This document shows positions 38,514 to 53,028 of a stretch of DNA of 64,000 nt, piece by piece. This DNA is from Eledone cirrhosa (taxonomy: Eukaryota), in NCBI GenBank assembly GCA_964016885.1, contig OZ024743.1, positions 1,116,001 to 1,180,000 of the forward strand. The letters run 5' to 3'. A program made the position numbers and the translations under genes. The notes below the pieces were generated by a model. The model ran no database searches. It was given only the letters and a program-made list of their open reading frames with translations, and was not told the DNA's origin. Numbering within the stretch: the stretch's first letter is position 1; each line of letters starts with the position of its first letter.

Positions 38514-38698
38514 TCGGTGAATTGGCAGTATCGGTAGAGGGTTGGACGCCATGCTTTCTAGCATAGTTACGTCCCTTTACAGTTTGAGTTCAAATCCCGC
38601 CGAGGTTAACTTTGCCTTTCATCCGTATGGGGTCGATAAAATAAAGTACCAGTAATGTACTGGGTAATGGCTGGCCTTGTGCCTAAAGTAGAAACAAT

Positions 38699-38700
<2 letters not shown>
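38514..38700 (+). mobile_element. SINE S1
   Basis: Consensus match. Confidence 0.9.
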
Positions 38701-38731
<31 letters not shown>

Positions 38732-39038
38732 ATGTGTGTGTGTGTGTACATATATATATGTACACACACACACATATACATATATATGTACGTATATATA
38801 TTCTGTCAGTTCTTTATCAGTGTCCATCTGTCTGCCTCGCTGTCTCACTTCTCCTTTAATACATTATTATTTTCTGTTCTTCAAATAGAAGTCAGATTCT
38901 TATGTTGCACTTTTAAGTGAGAACTGCTGGTTTTAACTCACATTAACGGCGACATGACATACATACTGACTTTCAAAAGTACAAAATCTGCAGGAAACGT
39001 TGAATATGTGAAGCAATAACGTGTAGGAGGCAAGTGAT

Positions 39039-39082
<44 letters not shown>

Positions 39083-39276
39083 ACATAGGCAGTCTCATTT
39101 TAACTTTGCGCTTTTACATACAAGTCTGTGTGACAGCGTATTTATGCTTGTATATGTGTGTATATGTGTGCACGTAACTGGGAGAGAGATAATATATATA
39201 TATATATGTGTGTATGTATGCATTTGACTATGTATATACATGTGTGTGTACAGATGTATATATATATATATATATA

Positions 39277-41400
39277 TCATCATCATCACCGTTTTACGAC
39301 CGTTCTTCCATGCTAGCATGGGTTAGACGGGTTGTCCTGTTGTGGGCAGTGTCTGGTCGGCTGACCATGCCTTGCTCATACAGGAACTAATTTTGGCTTG
39401 ATTTCTACAGCTGGATGCCCTTCCTAACACCAACCCCATTTACAGTGAGTGCTGGGTGCTTTTTCCGTGGCGCCTACACGTTCACTTTACAGTGTAGGCT
39501 GGGTGCTTTGTTGCCGTGGCACCTCCAGGACCACCTTGCAGTGGGAGGGTGTGGGGGCATATTTTCTATATGCTTCAGCTTGTACCCATGGGAGTTCGGG
39601 TACTCTGTATTACTGCGTGACGCCAGAGGTCACGGTCGTGTGTCATCGCCTTTGAGAGGTGTAATTTGGTAAGGTCGGCTTTTATCACCTCATCCCAGAT
39701 CTTCTTGGGTCTCCCCACTCCGCGGTTTCCATTGACTTCTAGTGCTCTGCACCTTTTTATGCAGCTGTCATCCTTCATACGCATCACATGTCCATACCAA
39801 CGCAACCGCCTCTCCTGCACACAACATTTGATTCCTCTTATGCTCAGTCTCTCTCTCAATTCATTTATGCTTTGTCGTTCGCGTATATTACTATTACACA
39901 TCCATCGGAGCATGCAGTCTTCGTTTCTTTCTAATCTACCTAATTCTTCCCCCTTCAGCGCCCAGGTGTCACTACCATGTAACATTGCAGTTCGTATACA
40001 CGCATCATACAGTCTGCCTTTCATTTTGAGGGAGAAGCCATTTGCAGCTAGCAGTGGTAGTAGTTACCTAAACTTCTTCCATCCCGTTCTTACCCTAGTT
40101 ATTGTACTTTCTGAACACCCACCGCCGCTGCTAATTCGGTCACCTAGGTAGCAGAAGCTATCTACTGTTTCTACAGAGCCCTCCCAGAAATTGGTGGTAC
40201 TTGTTTCCTGTGGCTGTTTGCTGCTTGCTGTCCCAGCACAGCTGCTGCATGTGAAGCCTACATTCTTAATTAAGCTTCCTGAGATCCCGCTACATCTTTT
40301 GTGTACCCATTGTTTGCATTTGGGGCAAAGAATGGAGTTCCTACCTACACCTCTCCTACATACTGAGCAAGGCCATTTCCCTGAGGGTTCTGTTTTCTAG
40401 TCTACTTACAAGGACCTTAGTCTTTGTCAGGTTGACTTTGAGATCCTTTCTTTCTAGTCCCTGCTTCCAAGTTTGGAATTTCTTCTCTAGTTCTACCATA
40501 GATTCAGCAATGAGTGCGAGGTCATCTGCATACAGGAGTTCCCATGGGCATCTGGTCTTAAATCCTCCGTTATTGCCTGCAGGACTATGATGAACAGGAG
40601 GGGGCTAAGAACAGAGCCCTGGTGGACACCAACCTGTACGCTAAATTCCTCGCTATACTCATTGCTAATCCTAACTTTGCTGACTGCTCCCCTATACATG
40701 GCTTGTACAGCATTCACAAGCCATTCATCTACTCCTAGTTTTCTAAGAGCCCACCAGATTATAGCATGTGGAACTCTGTCAAAGACTTTCTCGAGATCTA
40801 CGAATGCCAGGTAGAGTGGCTTACTTTTAGCTAGGTACTTTTCCTGTAACTGCCTCACAAGGCAGAGGGCATCAGTGGTGCCTCTTCCTGGTACAAACCC
40901 AAATTGCATCTCATCTAGTTTCACCCGGTCCCTAATCAACTGTGCTTTCACTCTTTCTGTTACTTTCATGACCTGGTCCATCAGCTTTATACCTCTATAG
41001 TTTCCTCTATCTAGTGCATCACATTTACCTTTGTAACAGTTGACAATGATGCTACTGCACCAATCTTTTGGTATGACACCTTCTAGTATTACCTGGTTAA
41101 CAATACGTGTGGTTATAATGTGACCTACAGACCCAGATGCCTTCAGCATCTCGGCAGCTATACCCGATGGACCGGTTGCCTTCCCCATCTTCATATCTTT
41201 GATTGCCTTACTTACTACGCTGCTGCTGACTTGTACTGCTGGCCCCTCTATAGGGTCTACTTGGGGTAGGGTCTCTTCTTCCCATGCATTCTCCTCATTT
41301 AGTAATCTATCATAATGGCTCTTCCATGCATCTTTCTTCTCAGCACTTGTGAGAGCAAGCTCACCTTTATAATTCCGGATACACTTCTCTCCAATGACAT
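39277..41400 (-). mobile_element. 5'-truncated RTE-clade LINE, frameshifted
   Basis: KATGPSG, NYRGIKL, QFGF, FVDLEKVFDRV, GVHQGSVLSP, CPWELLYADDL (~40520-40552), RLRWYGHV; (GAT)n tail. Confidence 0.93.
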
Positions 41401-42023
41401 ATATATATATTAAAATAACAGATTAAAGTTTAAGCAAATAATCGCTGCTTTCACCCATAGCAGGATCTTCAGAAGATCCCGTTATGGGTGAAAGCAGCAA
41501 TTCTCTTAGGAGTTTAGTCTTCACATTTATTATTATTACTATTATTATTGTTATTACTATATATATATATATGTGTGTGTGTGCGCGCGTGTGTGTGTGG
41601 ATGTGTGGCTGTGTGTGTGTGCGTGTGTGTGTATCTGTGTGTGTGTATGTAGGGAGAGAGAGAGAGATGCATACATATGTATATATATATATATATATAC
41701 GTGAGTGTGTATTGATATTAATGTAGCTATTCTAAGGGTAAGACATGGTGTTATAAGTTTTACTTGTTGCAAATATTGTCAGATATATATAGGTAGAGAG
41801 ACGGAATAAAATTATAATGCAGCTGTGAATAGCTTTTAAGGACAATTTGCATAGCAGGTAACTGCCATTTTTTGATATACTAGACCACCCTTGACCCGTT
41901 GGCTCAAGTCCACTTCAAAATATATTTTTAAATTGTGTTCACTTAAAAATAGTTTTTGAATAATTAAAATATACACAGACATGTATATAATGTGAAATAA
42001 AACTGGAAGGCCAATATATATAC

Positions 42024-42097
<74 letters not shown>

Positions 42098-42105
<8 letters not shown>

Positions 42106-42863
42106 CGTAAAATAAGAAAATTATAAAATTAACTTACTTACTAAAATTTCATTCCAACTAATTAGTTTCTGAAAGGGAATAAACATAGTTTCCGAAGAAA
42201 CGTACGGAGAAGCCTTTCGTCATCAGGGAAGTCTATTCTCAGCTAAGTTTCCAGGCAATACGTGGACACAGGGAACTTATACAAAAATAATTCAGTGGAT
42301 GGAAAAAAGCAAAGCGTGGACTAAATTCCAAGCCATTGAAAAAATCACTGCCTACTGCGTCGGTGGCAAATTCAAAAGAATCAGTCACGTGACATCGAGG
42401 TCAATCAGTGAAGAGTGGTTTGTTAAGAAGACAGCAGCCGGACCGTTACTATAGTAGCAGTTTTGGCCAATTTTTGCTCGACAAAATAATTTGGAGATAA
42501 TTATAAAGAATTAGTATATCTAGTAACATATATATACACAGATGCATACTTATGTTAGCAAATATATAGGTTTTGTCTTAGTAACTTTGTGGTTCAATGC
42601 ATGGGGATGCAGAACAATAATATGAGAGACGTAAAATAAGAAAATTATAAAATTAACTTACTAAAATTTCACTCCTAAAATTCCACAGGAGTGAAATTTT
42701 AGTAAGTAAGTTAATTTTATAATTTTCTTATTTTACGTCTCTCATATTATTGTTCTGCATCCCCATGCATTGAACCACAAAGTTACTAAGACAAAACCTA
42801 TATATTTGCTAGCATAAGTATGCATCTGTGTATATATATGTTACTAGATATACTAATTCTTTA
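42098..42863 (-). mobile_element. Family E element: 524-bp monomer plus partial repeat and ~175-bp inversion
   Basis: agagacgtaaaataag at 42101 and 42625; inverted from ~42685 to 42863; (TA)n on both sides. Confidence 0.85.
42152..42230 (-). ncRNA. Type I hammerhead ribozyme, family E
   Basis: Minus strand TTCC CTGATGA cGAAAGG..CCTTTCa GAAA CTAATTAG TT GGAA; palindromic stem III, GUU site. Confidence 0.82.
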
Positions 42864-42878
42864 TATATATATATATAT

Positions 42879-43970
42879 GAAGAAGAAGTTTATGAAACGG
42901 AAATGCGGGTATAAAGAATTTACTAGGTAACAATTGTTTCTATAGTGTGTGGGTTACCTATACCTCGCTATTTGTATAATATAAAAATATTATCATAAAT
43001 CGTAGGTACACTGTAAGAGAACACACCATGTCGTCAGACCTTTATGGTAGAATGATAGTCTTAGGGTTCAAGGCTGTCAGAGTAGTAGAGATTGTATAGA
43101 AGAAAATGTTTTGGCAGCAGTTAGCTAAATGAGGCGTGTTAGGGTTGGCGGGGGAAGTAAATTCTTCTAGTGGTGTTGTTTGGACAAAATTTAGTTAAAG
43201 GGGTCAATGTAGTACAGAATTATAGACAAGTTATTGGGGCTATTATAGTAGCAGGATATTTCTAAAGGGGTCTAAAAAATAGTGTTTAGTGCTATTATTA
43301 TAAAAAGCGATATCGTGTGTATAAACATATAAAAATATGAAATAAAAATAATAAAAATTTGCAAATGGTGGTGTAAAAAGATAACATTATATGCATTTAA
43401 AAAAAGAAAAAGTCGTTTTTAAACGATGGTTACAGTAAAGTGAACGTTCAATTTTGCTGTTCAAAAGTTTGTTTTCTGACGTTAAAATGCAGTATATCTC
43501 CATATTGCATAATTTACAAAATCGGTGATTTTGCCTTATGCTGGCGCATCGCAATAATTTGCCAATCAAGGGAGAATGCTTGATTGTTCTTCCGAAGCTG
43601 CCAGGCTTTATCGGCGAGGGTTGTTACGGAGCGCATTTTCTCATGCTTGATCGAAGATCGATGTTGGTATAGGCGAGCTTTGAAAGATGTTGCGGTACAT
43701 CCGACGTAATACCATTTGTTGGTTCCGGAATTTATTGTACATCGGTAGACAATATTGCGTGTTAGGCAATAGTTATTCAATGGGCACGAACTTGGTTTAG
43801 TGCAGTTACAGTTATTTTTATGTTTTGCAGTAGTATCCTGGATAGTTTGGTGGGGTTGTAGCTGCGTGTTAGTGCGTTGTATGTCGCCATGCTGGTGCGC
43901 TGTGTCATTAGGGATGTACTTATTTAGTATTGTTGAGTTTAGTTTTTTAATTAGTTGTTCTATGTTAGGT
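42879..43970 (-). mobile_element. 5'-truncated Penelope-like element: GIY-YIG ORF end plus pseudo-LTR
   Basis: CNCTKPSSCPLNNYC, IVYRC, YYVGCT, FKARLYQH, CKLCNME, LLNSKIE, CNH (43387-43830, frameshift near 43560). Confidence 0.9.
42925..43041 (-). ncRNA. Type I hammerhead ribozyme in PLE pseudo-LTR, family O
   Basis: Minus strand AGGT CTGACGA cATGGTGTG..CACACTATa GAAA CAATTG TT ACCT; ~70-nt stem II insert. Confidence 0.8.
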
Positions 43971-44024
43971 CATAGACACACACACATATATATATATACA
44001 CGCATATATATATATGCACACACT

Positions 44025-44112
<88 letters not shown>

Positions 44113-44423
44113 ATAACACACCAGCTCTCTTCCATTCTCCTTCTCTGTCGCCTCTCCCTCCCTCTACGCCTCTCTTTCAATCTACTCTGTCACCACCACT
44201 GTCTCTTCCTTTCTATCTTTCTCTTTCTCTCTTTGTTTATGAAGGTACCCAGAAAAATCAGTGGTCCGATTTACGCGAAACTTGTTTTATTCCATTTGTA
44301 TTCCCATTTCAAGGGCAACATCCTTTCAAAGTACTTTTCCATTATGCGCCCTTTTGGCTGTATTACATTACAGAGAAGCAAGCAAGCAGCAAGCAAGCTA
44401 GCAATCACAGACTTTTAGTAATG

Positions 44424-44496
<73 letters not shown>

Positions 44497-44498
<2 letters not shown>

Positions 44499-44672
44499 TC
44501 AGGACCCCGACGGCTGAGCTCCGGCCGTTTCGATAGCTAGATCCGAACTGTCGAAAGAGCTGGAGCTCAGCCGTCGGGTCCTGAATCTGTTCATATTACC
44601 CATTTTACTACCCCCAGGTGTCGAGTACTCTGGTGCGTTATGGTCCACCTAGTATTTAAAACACCCTCATTG

Positions 44673-44674
<2 letters not shown>
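44497..44674. mobile_element. Family A fold-back element
   Basis: Inverted arms around tagctagatccgaactg; tail ends in (TA)n. Confidence 0.8.
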
Positions 44675-44738
<64 letters not shown>

Positions 44739-44740
<2 letters not shown>

Positions 44741-47515
44741 AATTACAAAATAGGAGGAAATAATAGACAAAAATATACCTATTTTTTCTTCAAAGTCCCG
44801 ACTGCTGTTTCGCCGATCCGTGTGCTACGTTTCTACACTATAAAAATGCATCATTACTGTGAGCCTGAAACGGCTTATCAAGAGGCTCCTCAGAAAAAGG
44901 ACTGTTTCTTTGACGCGTTCGTAGCAAGTGAGAACATCTCTAGAGACGGAGGGGGGGGGGTTTAACACGTGATACAGTAGTTGATAAAAGGGCTGTTTCT
45001 TTCGTAGCAAGTGAGAATATTTCGTGAGACGGAGGGAGAAATTAACACAAGATACAGTGGTGACAGACGGGTAGTAAGATGGACACTGAGCGAATAACGT
45101 ATTTGCTAGAAAAATCAATTAGTACCCTACTGGGTTATCTCGACCATAGAGGAGTTTGGGACAATATAATAATGAAATACACACACATATTCATCTGTAT
45201 ATGTGTGTGTGTGGTGTCCGCCATAACAGGTTTGTGCTCCATGACCGAAAGAGTTAAAATAATCAAAATAATTTAAATAACTCAATAATCAGAGATCAAT
45301 AATCAAATTAACAATCTATCTAAGGCGGGCAAAATTCCCAACATCCATGGACGAGTTCTCTCCAGCGGTCTCTGTTCCTCATTATCGCTGCCATGTCCTG
45401 CGTCTCCAACAGACCAGTGTCTGTCCTTAGGGCATCAACATACGTTAACCTTGGTCTTCCTCTTCTAGTGTGTCCATGTAGGGGCTCCCAAAGGAGCACT
45501 GAGTGCAATGTCAACTCTGGATGTCGGTGAGCATGTCCAGCTAACCTCAGTCTCCTCTGTGTCACTTTTGAGCTGACTTTTGGGATGCTCCCATACAGCT
45601 CTGAGTTTTTCATCCTCAGTGTATAATGATTAATCTTCAGAGCCATCCTCAACATTCTCGTGTAGCACCCATCCACCATCTGTGTGAGTTTCTTGGTCAG
45701 TGTCCAAGTCTCAGACCCATACAGCAGCACAGACTCCACTACAGCAATGAAGAGGCGGACTTTCAGGTCTCTACGAAGGTCCGACTTCCACACCGATCTC
45801 AAGCTGTGGCACGCCGCCCAGGCCTTGCTCTTCCTCTCAACCACATCATCTTCCGTATTCCCAATCTTTGCTCCCAAATACAGGAAGCCCTCAACCAATT
45901 CTAGCGGCTTCCCGCCTACATTAGTGATCCCCTCTGGCTTCTCAACATTCTCTACCAGATATTTTGTTTTAGTCTCATTCATTCTCAGCCCCACACTCAT
46001 CGACACAGTCTCAACCTCCCGCATCAAATCCTCTGCCTCCTTCACTGTATTTGTCACCAAAACTATGTCGTCGGCAAATTCAGCATCCGATATCTTTTTC
46101 ACCTTAACTCTCCTGCTCTGAGCCGGTGCTACAGTAAAGCCAGAGTCCTGGTGTTTCTCCAGTGCAAGGCGCATACAATAGTCCACTACGATGATAAAAA
46201 GTTAGGGAGCCAATGTATCTCCCTGGAGCACTCCAGCCAGTATCTCAAAAAACTCTGTCATCCCATCAGGTGTAATGACTTGGGCTTTGGTGTTGGTGTA
46301 GAGCAGTGATATAAGGTCCACTATCTTCATGGGGATTCCATAAGCCTGTAAGATCTTCATCAGGCAGTAACGGTCCACAGAATCAAAGGCCTTCCTAAAG
46401 TCAATGAAAACCATGACCGCAGGAAGGCACTTTGTTCTAGCTCCCTATAATATCCTCCTCAACATCAGGATGTGACTGGTAGTTGATCTAACCTCTCTGA
46501 AGCCGTTCTGGTTGTCCCTGAGCTTCTTCTCCATCTCAGGCTGGATCCTGTTAAGAATCATCCTGTTGAGGGTCTTTGCCACAAGTGACGTCTGTGAGAT
46601 CCTCCTGTAGTTGTTGCTGTTAGAAAGATCTCCCTTCTTTGGCACTGGGACGATGTTACTGATCCTCCACTGATTCGGGGCAACTCCCTTCTCCAGTGCC
46701 CCGTTACAGAACCCCAGGATGATATCATCAAAATCACACCTCTTCATCACCTCTGATGCCACTCCATCTTCTCCATGAGCCTTTCCCTCCTTGATCCTCT
46801 TCTTGGCTCTCTGAAGCTCCTCTCTGGTGAAGGGTTCTGTCTCAACATCCAGTTCCTCAAACAGCCGCCTGATCTCCCCAGTGCTCTCGGCTGTGGAGGG
46901 TGGCTCTCCTAGTAGGGTCCTAAAATGGTCTAGCCATTTCCTCTTCCTATCCTCGGGCCCCGTTCCCTGGATCTGACTCGAACACCTCTTCCTCCCTGTG
47001 ATCTCGTTGATGATCATCCAGCTCTCCTTACATCCAGATCTGTCAACCGCTCTCTCCACACTTCTGATCTTCTCTATCAGTGCCTCCTCTCTGACCTCAG
47101 TGTAAGCGGTACAGAGTTCTTCCCTCATCACCTCCACAGTCTCCATCCTCTCCTCCGTAGGATCAGCATAGAATTGGTCCTTGGCAGCCTTCAGGTGTTC
47201 TCTGGCTGCACACACTTTTGGGTTTGCAGAGCTGACGTGCTTCCCTTTGTTCTTTTTAACAATACGAGGAAATAATAGATAAAAATATACCTATTTTTTC
47301 TTCAAAGTCCCAACTGCTGTTTCGCCGATCCGTGCGGAACGCTCTGCACTATAAAAATGCATCATCGCTGTGAGGCTGATGCCGCTTATCAACAGACCCA
47401 TCAGAAAAAAGGACTGTGTCTGTGACGTATTCGTAGCAAGTGAGAAAGTCTCTCGAGGGGGAGGGAAGAATTAACACGTGATACAGTGGTCATAAAAAAG
47501 ACCACTGTATCACGC
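44739..47515 (-). mobile_element. Family N element split by an RTE insertion; HHRs at 44795-44886 and 47307-47397
   Basis: Homologous to 20192-20820; TTGATAA GCCG..CGGC GAAA CAGCAG TC GGGAC in the first copy. Confidence 0.78.
45316..47255 (-). mobile_element. 5'-truncated RTE-like LINE with 8-bp TSD
   Basis: PVPKKGD, FIDFRKAFDSV, GVLQGDTLAP, EFADD, LLYGSETW, RLRLAGH; TSD ttaacaat at 45308-45315 and 47256-47263. Confidence 0.93.
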
Positions 47516-47528
47516 GTCCTATATATAA

Positions 47529-47951
<423 letters not shown>

Positions 47952-48052
47952 GAGGGAGGGGGTGCAAATCTGGTCAATTTAGTTGTAGCTCTTTGCACTC
48001 TAAAATGGTCAGAAAATGCAGTTTGAGACCAGGTAGGTCATATTATATTTAC

Positions 48053-48161
48053 CAAATCCCGCCGAGGTTAACTTTAGCTTTCATCCTTACGGGGTCGATA
48101 AAATAAAGTACCAGTAATGCACTGGGTATTTGCTGGCCTTGTGCCTAAAGTAGAAACAATT
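48053..48161 (+). mobile_element. SINE S1, 5'-truncated
   Basis: 3' two-thirds of the consensus. Confidence 0.88.
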
Positions 48162-48326
48162 ATATTTACAGCTTTCAATAATTATAAAGTGATTATAGCA
48201 AAATGGCCTGTGAAATCTGTCTCTGAATATACATCATAACTATAATAAAGGGAGGAGTGCGCCACTGCGTCCCCAATATATTTTTTTATCCCGTTGGTAA
48301 AATAAGTTCGATTACTTTGAATAAAT

Positions 48327-48514
48327 AATTGTTTCTACTTTTGGCACAAGGCCAGCAATTACCCAGTACATTACTGGTACTTTATTTTATCGACCCCGTA
48401 AGGATGAAAGGCAAAGTCAACCTCGGCAGGATTTGAACTCAGATCGTAAAGGGACGTAACTATGCTGGAAAGCATGGCGTCCGACCCTCCACCGATACTG
48501 CCAATCCACCGCCC
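48327..48514 (-). mobile_element. SINE S1
   Basis: Full-length reverse match. Confidence 0.92.
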
Positions 48515-48819
48515 ATTACTTTGAATAAATAATGAATGAATATTACATAATTTATCGATTAAATTTCGTAGCTGTTGATTAAACATAAATATTCTTATAT
48601 AATGATTGTTTATTTTAAGATTCACTTCTTTTAAAATTTTCAAATGTCTACACTTCCGGTTAGCGTCCGTTATATCATAACACTTATTACATTGCTTATA
48701 TAAACATCCATATGTACCGTAATGCAGTTTATATATAATATCGTCTTTTTTAAATGTATCATGGATTACTTTACTGATTACAGAAGAGAGTGTAACAGTC
48801 TCTCTTCAATTTCTGTGCA

Positions 48820-49005
48820 TATTGTTTCTACTTTAGGCACAAGGCCAGCAATTACCAGTGCATTACTGGTACTTTATTTTATCGACCCCGTAAGGATGAA
48901 AGGCAAAGTCAACCTCGGCGGGATTTGAACTCAGATGGTAAAGGGACGTAACTATGCTGGAAAGCATGGCGTCCGACCCTCTACCGATACTGCCAATCCA
49001 CCGCC
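48820..49005 (-). mobile_element. SINE S1
   Basis: Full-length reverse match. Confidence 0.92.
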
Positions 49006-50934
49006 ATTTCTGTGCATATTGTCAATTACGATTTTATTTGACATATCATATCTACATGCAGGTATATTTGCATATAATATAAATATGCAGACTACACATG
49101 CTAGCAGAAAACCACCCAAAGGATGGTTTTTCTGCTAGTACTAGTAATTGGCAAATAGTGATATGTAGAGAAAAAGTTGTGACATGACAAAACAATTTTC
49201 TATGAACGTTAACATAATATCAACCAAGATATAAAAAAACTTTGATAAGCGATAAACATAACATGTACATAAATTGTAGCGCATATAAAAATAGATGTGT
49301 TTTGATAGTTTGGAGAGAAAAATATAATTAGCGGGGGAAGCATGGCCTCCTGAACGCCCACCTCCAGTTCCACCGCCCCTTTATTTATATATAAATATAT
49401 ATATACTTAGATGTATATGTATGCGGTGGTGTGTTTCTGTATGTATATGCGCGTGTGTGAGTATATGCATGCATGCGTGTGAGTGCTAGTGTGTGAATGT
49501 TTGTGTATGTGTGTCACCGTTTCTATATACACCCACTGGTCTTACATTATGTTTTCATATTCATATTGTGTTCCATCATAGGATATCTTTTTTCTTGTTT
49601 TTGTTTTCTTTTTTAACATCAATTTTTATTAAACTTTAAATGCATCAATTGGAGTGAGAAAGTACAAGTGTATCAGCGAGGAGATTTGAACCACGTAACA
49701 ATAGTTTAATAGTCATTCGTGTTAACCGCTGCTTTACAGAAAGCCTGGTAAGATACCACAGGAAATAATCTGAGTCGTGTGTCTGAGTTTTGTTTTGTTT
49801 TTTTTACTTTTCTTTTCTAAAGTAACTGTTCATTATGTCTGATATAAGGCGTCGAATTTAAAGATAGAATGCTTTGTTGTATTCATGCTGGCTCTCGGCG
49901 CTCCTAGTTGAAATGGCGCCAAGCTTTTACTGGGACGATATATAATGTGGCACTCCAGCATCAAGGTTAATTTCTTTTTATTTCTCTCTCTGTCCGTCCT
50001 TTCTACCTTTTCAAGAAACTGACTGTGGTACGAGAACGCCTTTACAAATCCATTAAGAGTTAATAGATCTGTGATCCGTGAAAGTCTAGTATTGATTTAC
50101 TTGTATATAAGTATATATATATATATATATACACACAGAGAGAGACAAATGAGATATTACTTTAAAATTACTTACGTCGATATGAACTAAGGTCCATTGA
50201 GCTTTTTTTTTTTATTGAGAAACATGATCGTTATAACTTTAATATGTATCGATACCTTAATATAGTATATAAATACTCCAAATTTTATAGATTTGTCTGC
50301 GTTGACTGATTAAGAAAGATGCTTGGTGCTATTTCCAGCACCTATAACATCTTGTCCTCTTTATATCTGCCCTCGCTATTTAGATGTTGTTCTCACACAA
50401 CTTCGATGCGATTTGAAAAAATCTTTTTCTGTTCAGCGTATTTCTTTTTGTATAATAAGACAATATCCACTGTTTAGTAAAATATTGTCTTCGGTGCATT
50501 ACCAGTATCGATATTTGGTAATCGTTAATCGATTACTTATATCGATAGGGTGCGCTTCTTTGATTTTCCGAAACAGCTTTCTCGCGATAGATAAAATTAG
50601 TACTACCTTAAATTATATATATTTTCATACCTTTTGTTTATTCTGTATATGTGTACAAAATGCTATGTGTTACTCAAAAAATATATGCCTCTTTCTCCTC
50701 TCTGTATATATATATTCTAAATTTGTATTTGTTGCTCTGAACTAAGGTTCATTCAGCTTCTTTATTGAAAAACATGATCATTACAGATTTAATATGTATC
50801 GAAACTTTAACATTGTCGATATATACCTCGACAGAAGATAATCTCCGAGGAAAATCAGTGCCGCGAAAACTGCGACACACGATCTTCCAAGGAAGCCTGC
50901 GCGGTGTTCTCCATATGTGAATGGAGTTCACATA

Positions 50935-51538
50935 TTACAGGGTCGTATTCACGAGTGATGGAAGGCAGGGGGCTGAATTAAGGGCATGAATTGCAGGAGC
51001 TGATGCAATAATGAGCCAGCTTCAGCATTCGGTATTCAGAAGAAGTGAGATAGGTGAAAAAAGCCAAACTCACAATCTTCAATTCGATATCCGTGCCAAC
51101 CCTTACCTATGGTCATGGATCTTAGGTAATGACCGAAATAATACGATCGAGAATACAAGCGGCCGAAATATGGCTTCTCTGAAGGATCTTTGGAGTATCT
51201 TTATAGGATAGAGTTCGTAGCTCGGAGATCAGAGAGTCATTCCACGTAGAGCCGCTACTTCGCCTAACTGAGAAATCACAGCTCTGATACTATGGGCATG
51301 TGGTTAGAAAGTCTCAGGAAAGAATCTCTGGATAGATTTTACGCGCAAAACCCATCAGCAGGAGACGAGCAAGCTGGTTGGATAACGTCCATGAGCTTGG
51401 TTGGTTTCGCTTGGGGATCCAGTCGGATCAGTTGGAAGGAGAGTTTGAGGACTCTACCCCAACCACCCTCACAGGAATATGTGGGCGAAATAGAAGAAGA
51501 AGAAGAAGAAGAAGAAGAAGAAGAAGAAGAAGAAGAAG
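50935..51538 (+). mobile_element. Degenerate RTE LINE 3' fragment with (GAA)n tail
   Basis: Broken PTLTYGH..SRIQAAE..YGHVVR motifs; (GAA)n at 51493-51538. Confidence 0.7.
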
Positions 51539-52965
51539 AGCTTTTGCTAACAATAAGAGATACCATGTTAACAATAGCACGAAAACCTTAATAGCATGCT
51601 CTTGTTAACAGTAACATGGGAACCCTTGATAACAATATAACATTGAAACTATTTATGACATCAATCTACTGCTATCAATACCCTGAATGATTTTCACAGC
51701 ATTTCGCTGAGAATAACAGACATATGGACATTTTAAAATCTTATTTAAAACAATAACATTTCACCGGCATACATACGCACGCACGTATACAGACATGCGT
51801 ACATATTTACCTAGTTGTTGTTGTTTAAATCATAATGAAAGTCTTGCGTCTATGCTAGAAAATGTCTCTCCCTATTGGTAAAAATTTACAAAATAATCAA
51901 ACATACATACGTGCATACATACACACATACATACTTACATACATACATACATACATGAATTGTTAAGAGAAGCTTAGAAAGAAAAAAGGTTGGGTAAATG
52001 TGATATAAGTGTCGGTGGGTGGGCTTGTTTGCGCATATCTATCTATGTGAGAGTGAAGGAAAGGAAAACATTAGATTTGATGACGAATTCAGAATTTATG
52101 TTCAAATATAGCGGACAAAGAATAGCAACTAATGTTAAGAACATTTTTACAAAAAAGCCTAGCATTTCAAAGGAAGAATTATTTTCTTATTTCAGTTGTA
52201 AATAGCCTATATAATTTTTCTATTATTTACTAATTTTCCTAGAAATTTGACTGAGTTATATACAGTGCTTCGAATTACCAGTTAAACTAATGTAGACAAG
52301 AAAGGAGGATTAAGTTATTTTATAGTCGTATTTTGATTTATTAAAATTTAAACAGAATTTAATTTGGTATAATGATGAAGTTAACTGTGTGCTAAAAATA
52401 TGCTGATTTGAGTGATATTTCCCTTTTAAAGAAATTGAGCCTGGTTTAAGAAAAACAATAAAAATCTATATAGAAAAATGTTACTTATAAGTAAAATATA
52501 AAAAGATAAATTTGCTTTAAATTGGTAGCTTTACTCCGTGTGTTAATACTGGTATATATCTATGTATACGTGCATAAATAGCTACATGTGTGCATGCACA
52601 TTCTTGTATGTAATTACATGTATATAAACATCACTATAAATGTACAGTCTTAAGTATTAAAGTAGATTTGTAGATATGTGTAAACGCTCAGCTCAAACCT
52701 AAATGGCTTAAGATTGGCAGGTGGGATAGTTTCCTCATGACGTAGCGAGAAGTATTGAAACTTTGTTCAAATTGCTGAGCCAATCTCCTCTACAGCAGAT
52801 TTCTTCCAGTAAAGGATAGAGAATAAGTAAATGGAAGTGAGAAAGTGATATAGAGGAAGAATCGCCCCCCCCCCCCCCGTACTATCACATTTTTATAGTC
52901 CTCGATAGGATGAAGTTAATCGCGGCAGGATTTGAACTTAGAGAGCGACTCTGCTAATTCGCCAC

Positions 52966-53028
<63 letters not shown>

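Noticed and set aside
41409-41548. Family J (also 10955-11046 and 57021-57085) as a hammerhead
   Set aside because: Has C(A/T)GAAGA tCCC..GGGt GAAA, but most copies read CAGAAGA and I could not form convincing stems I and III; left uncalled
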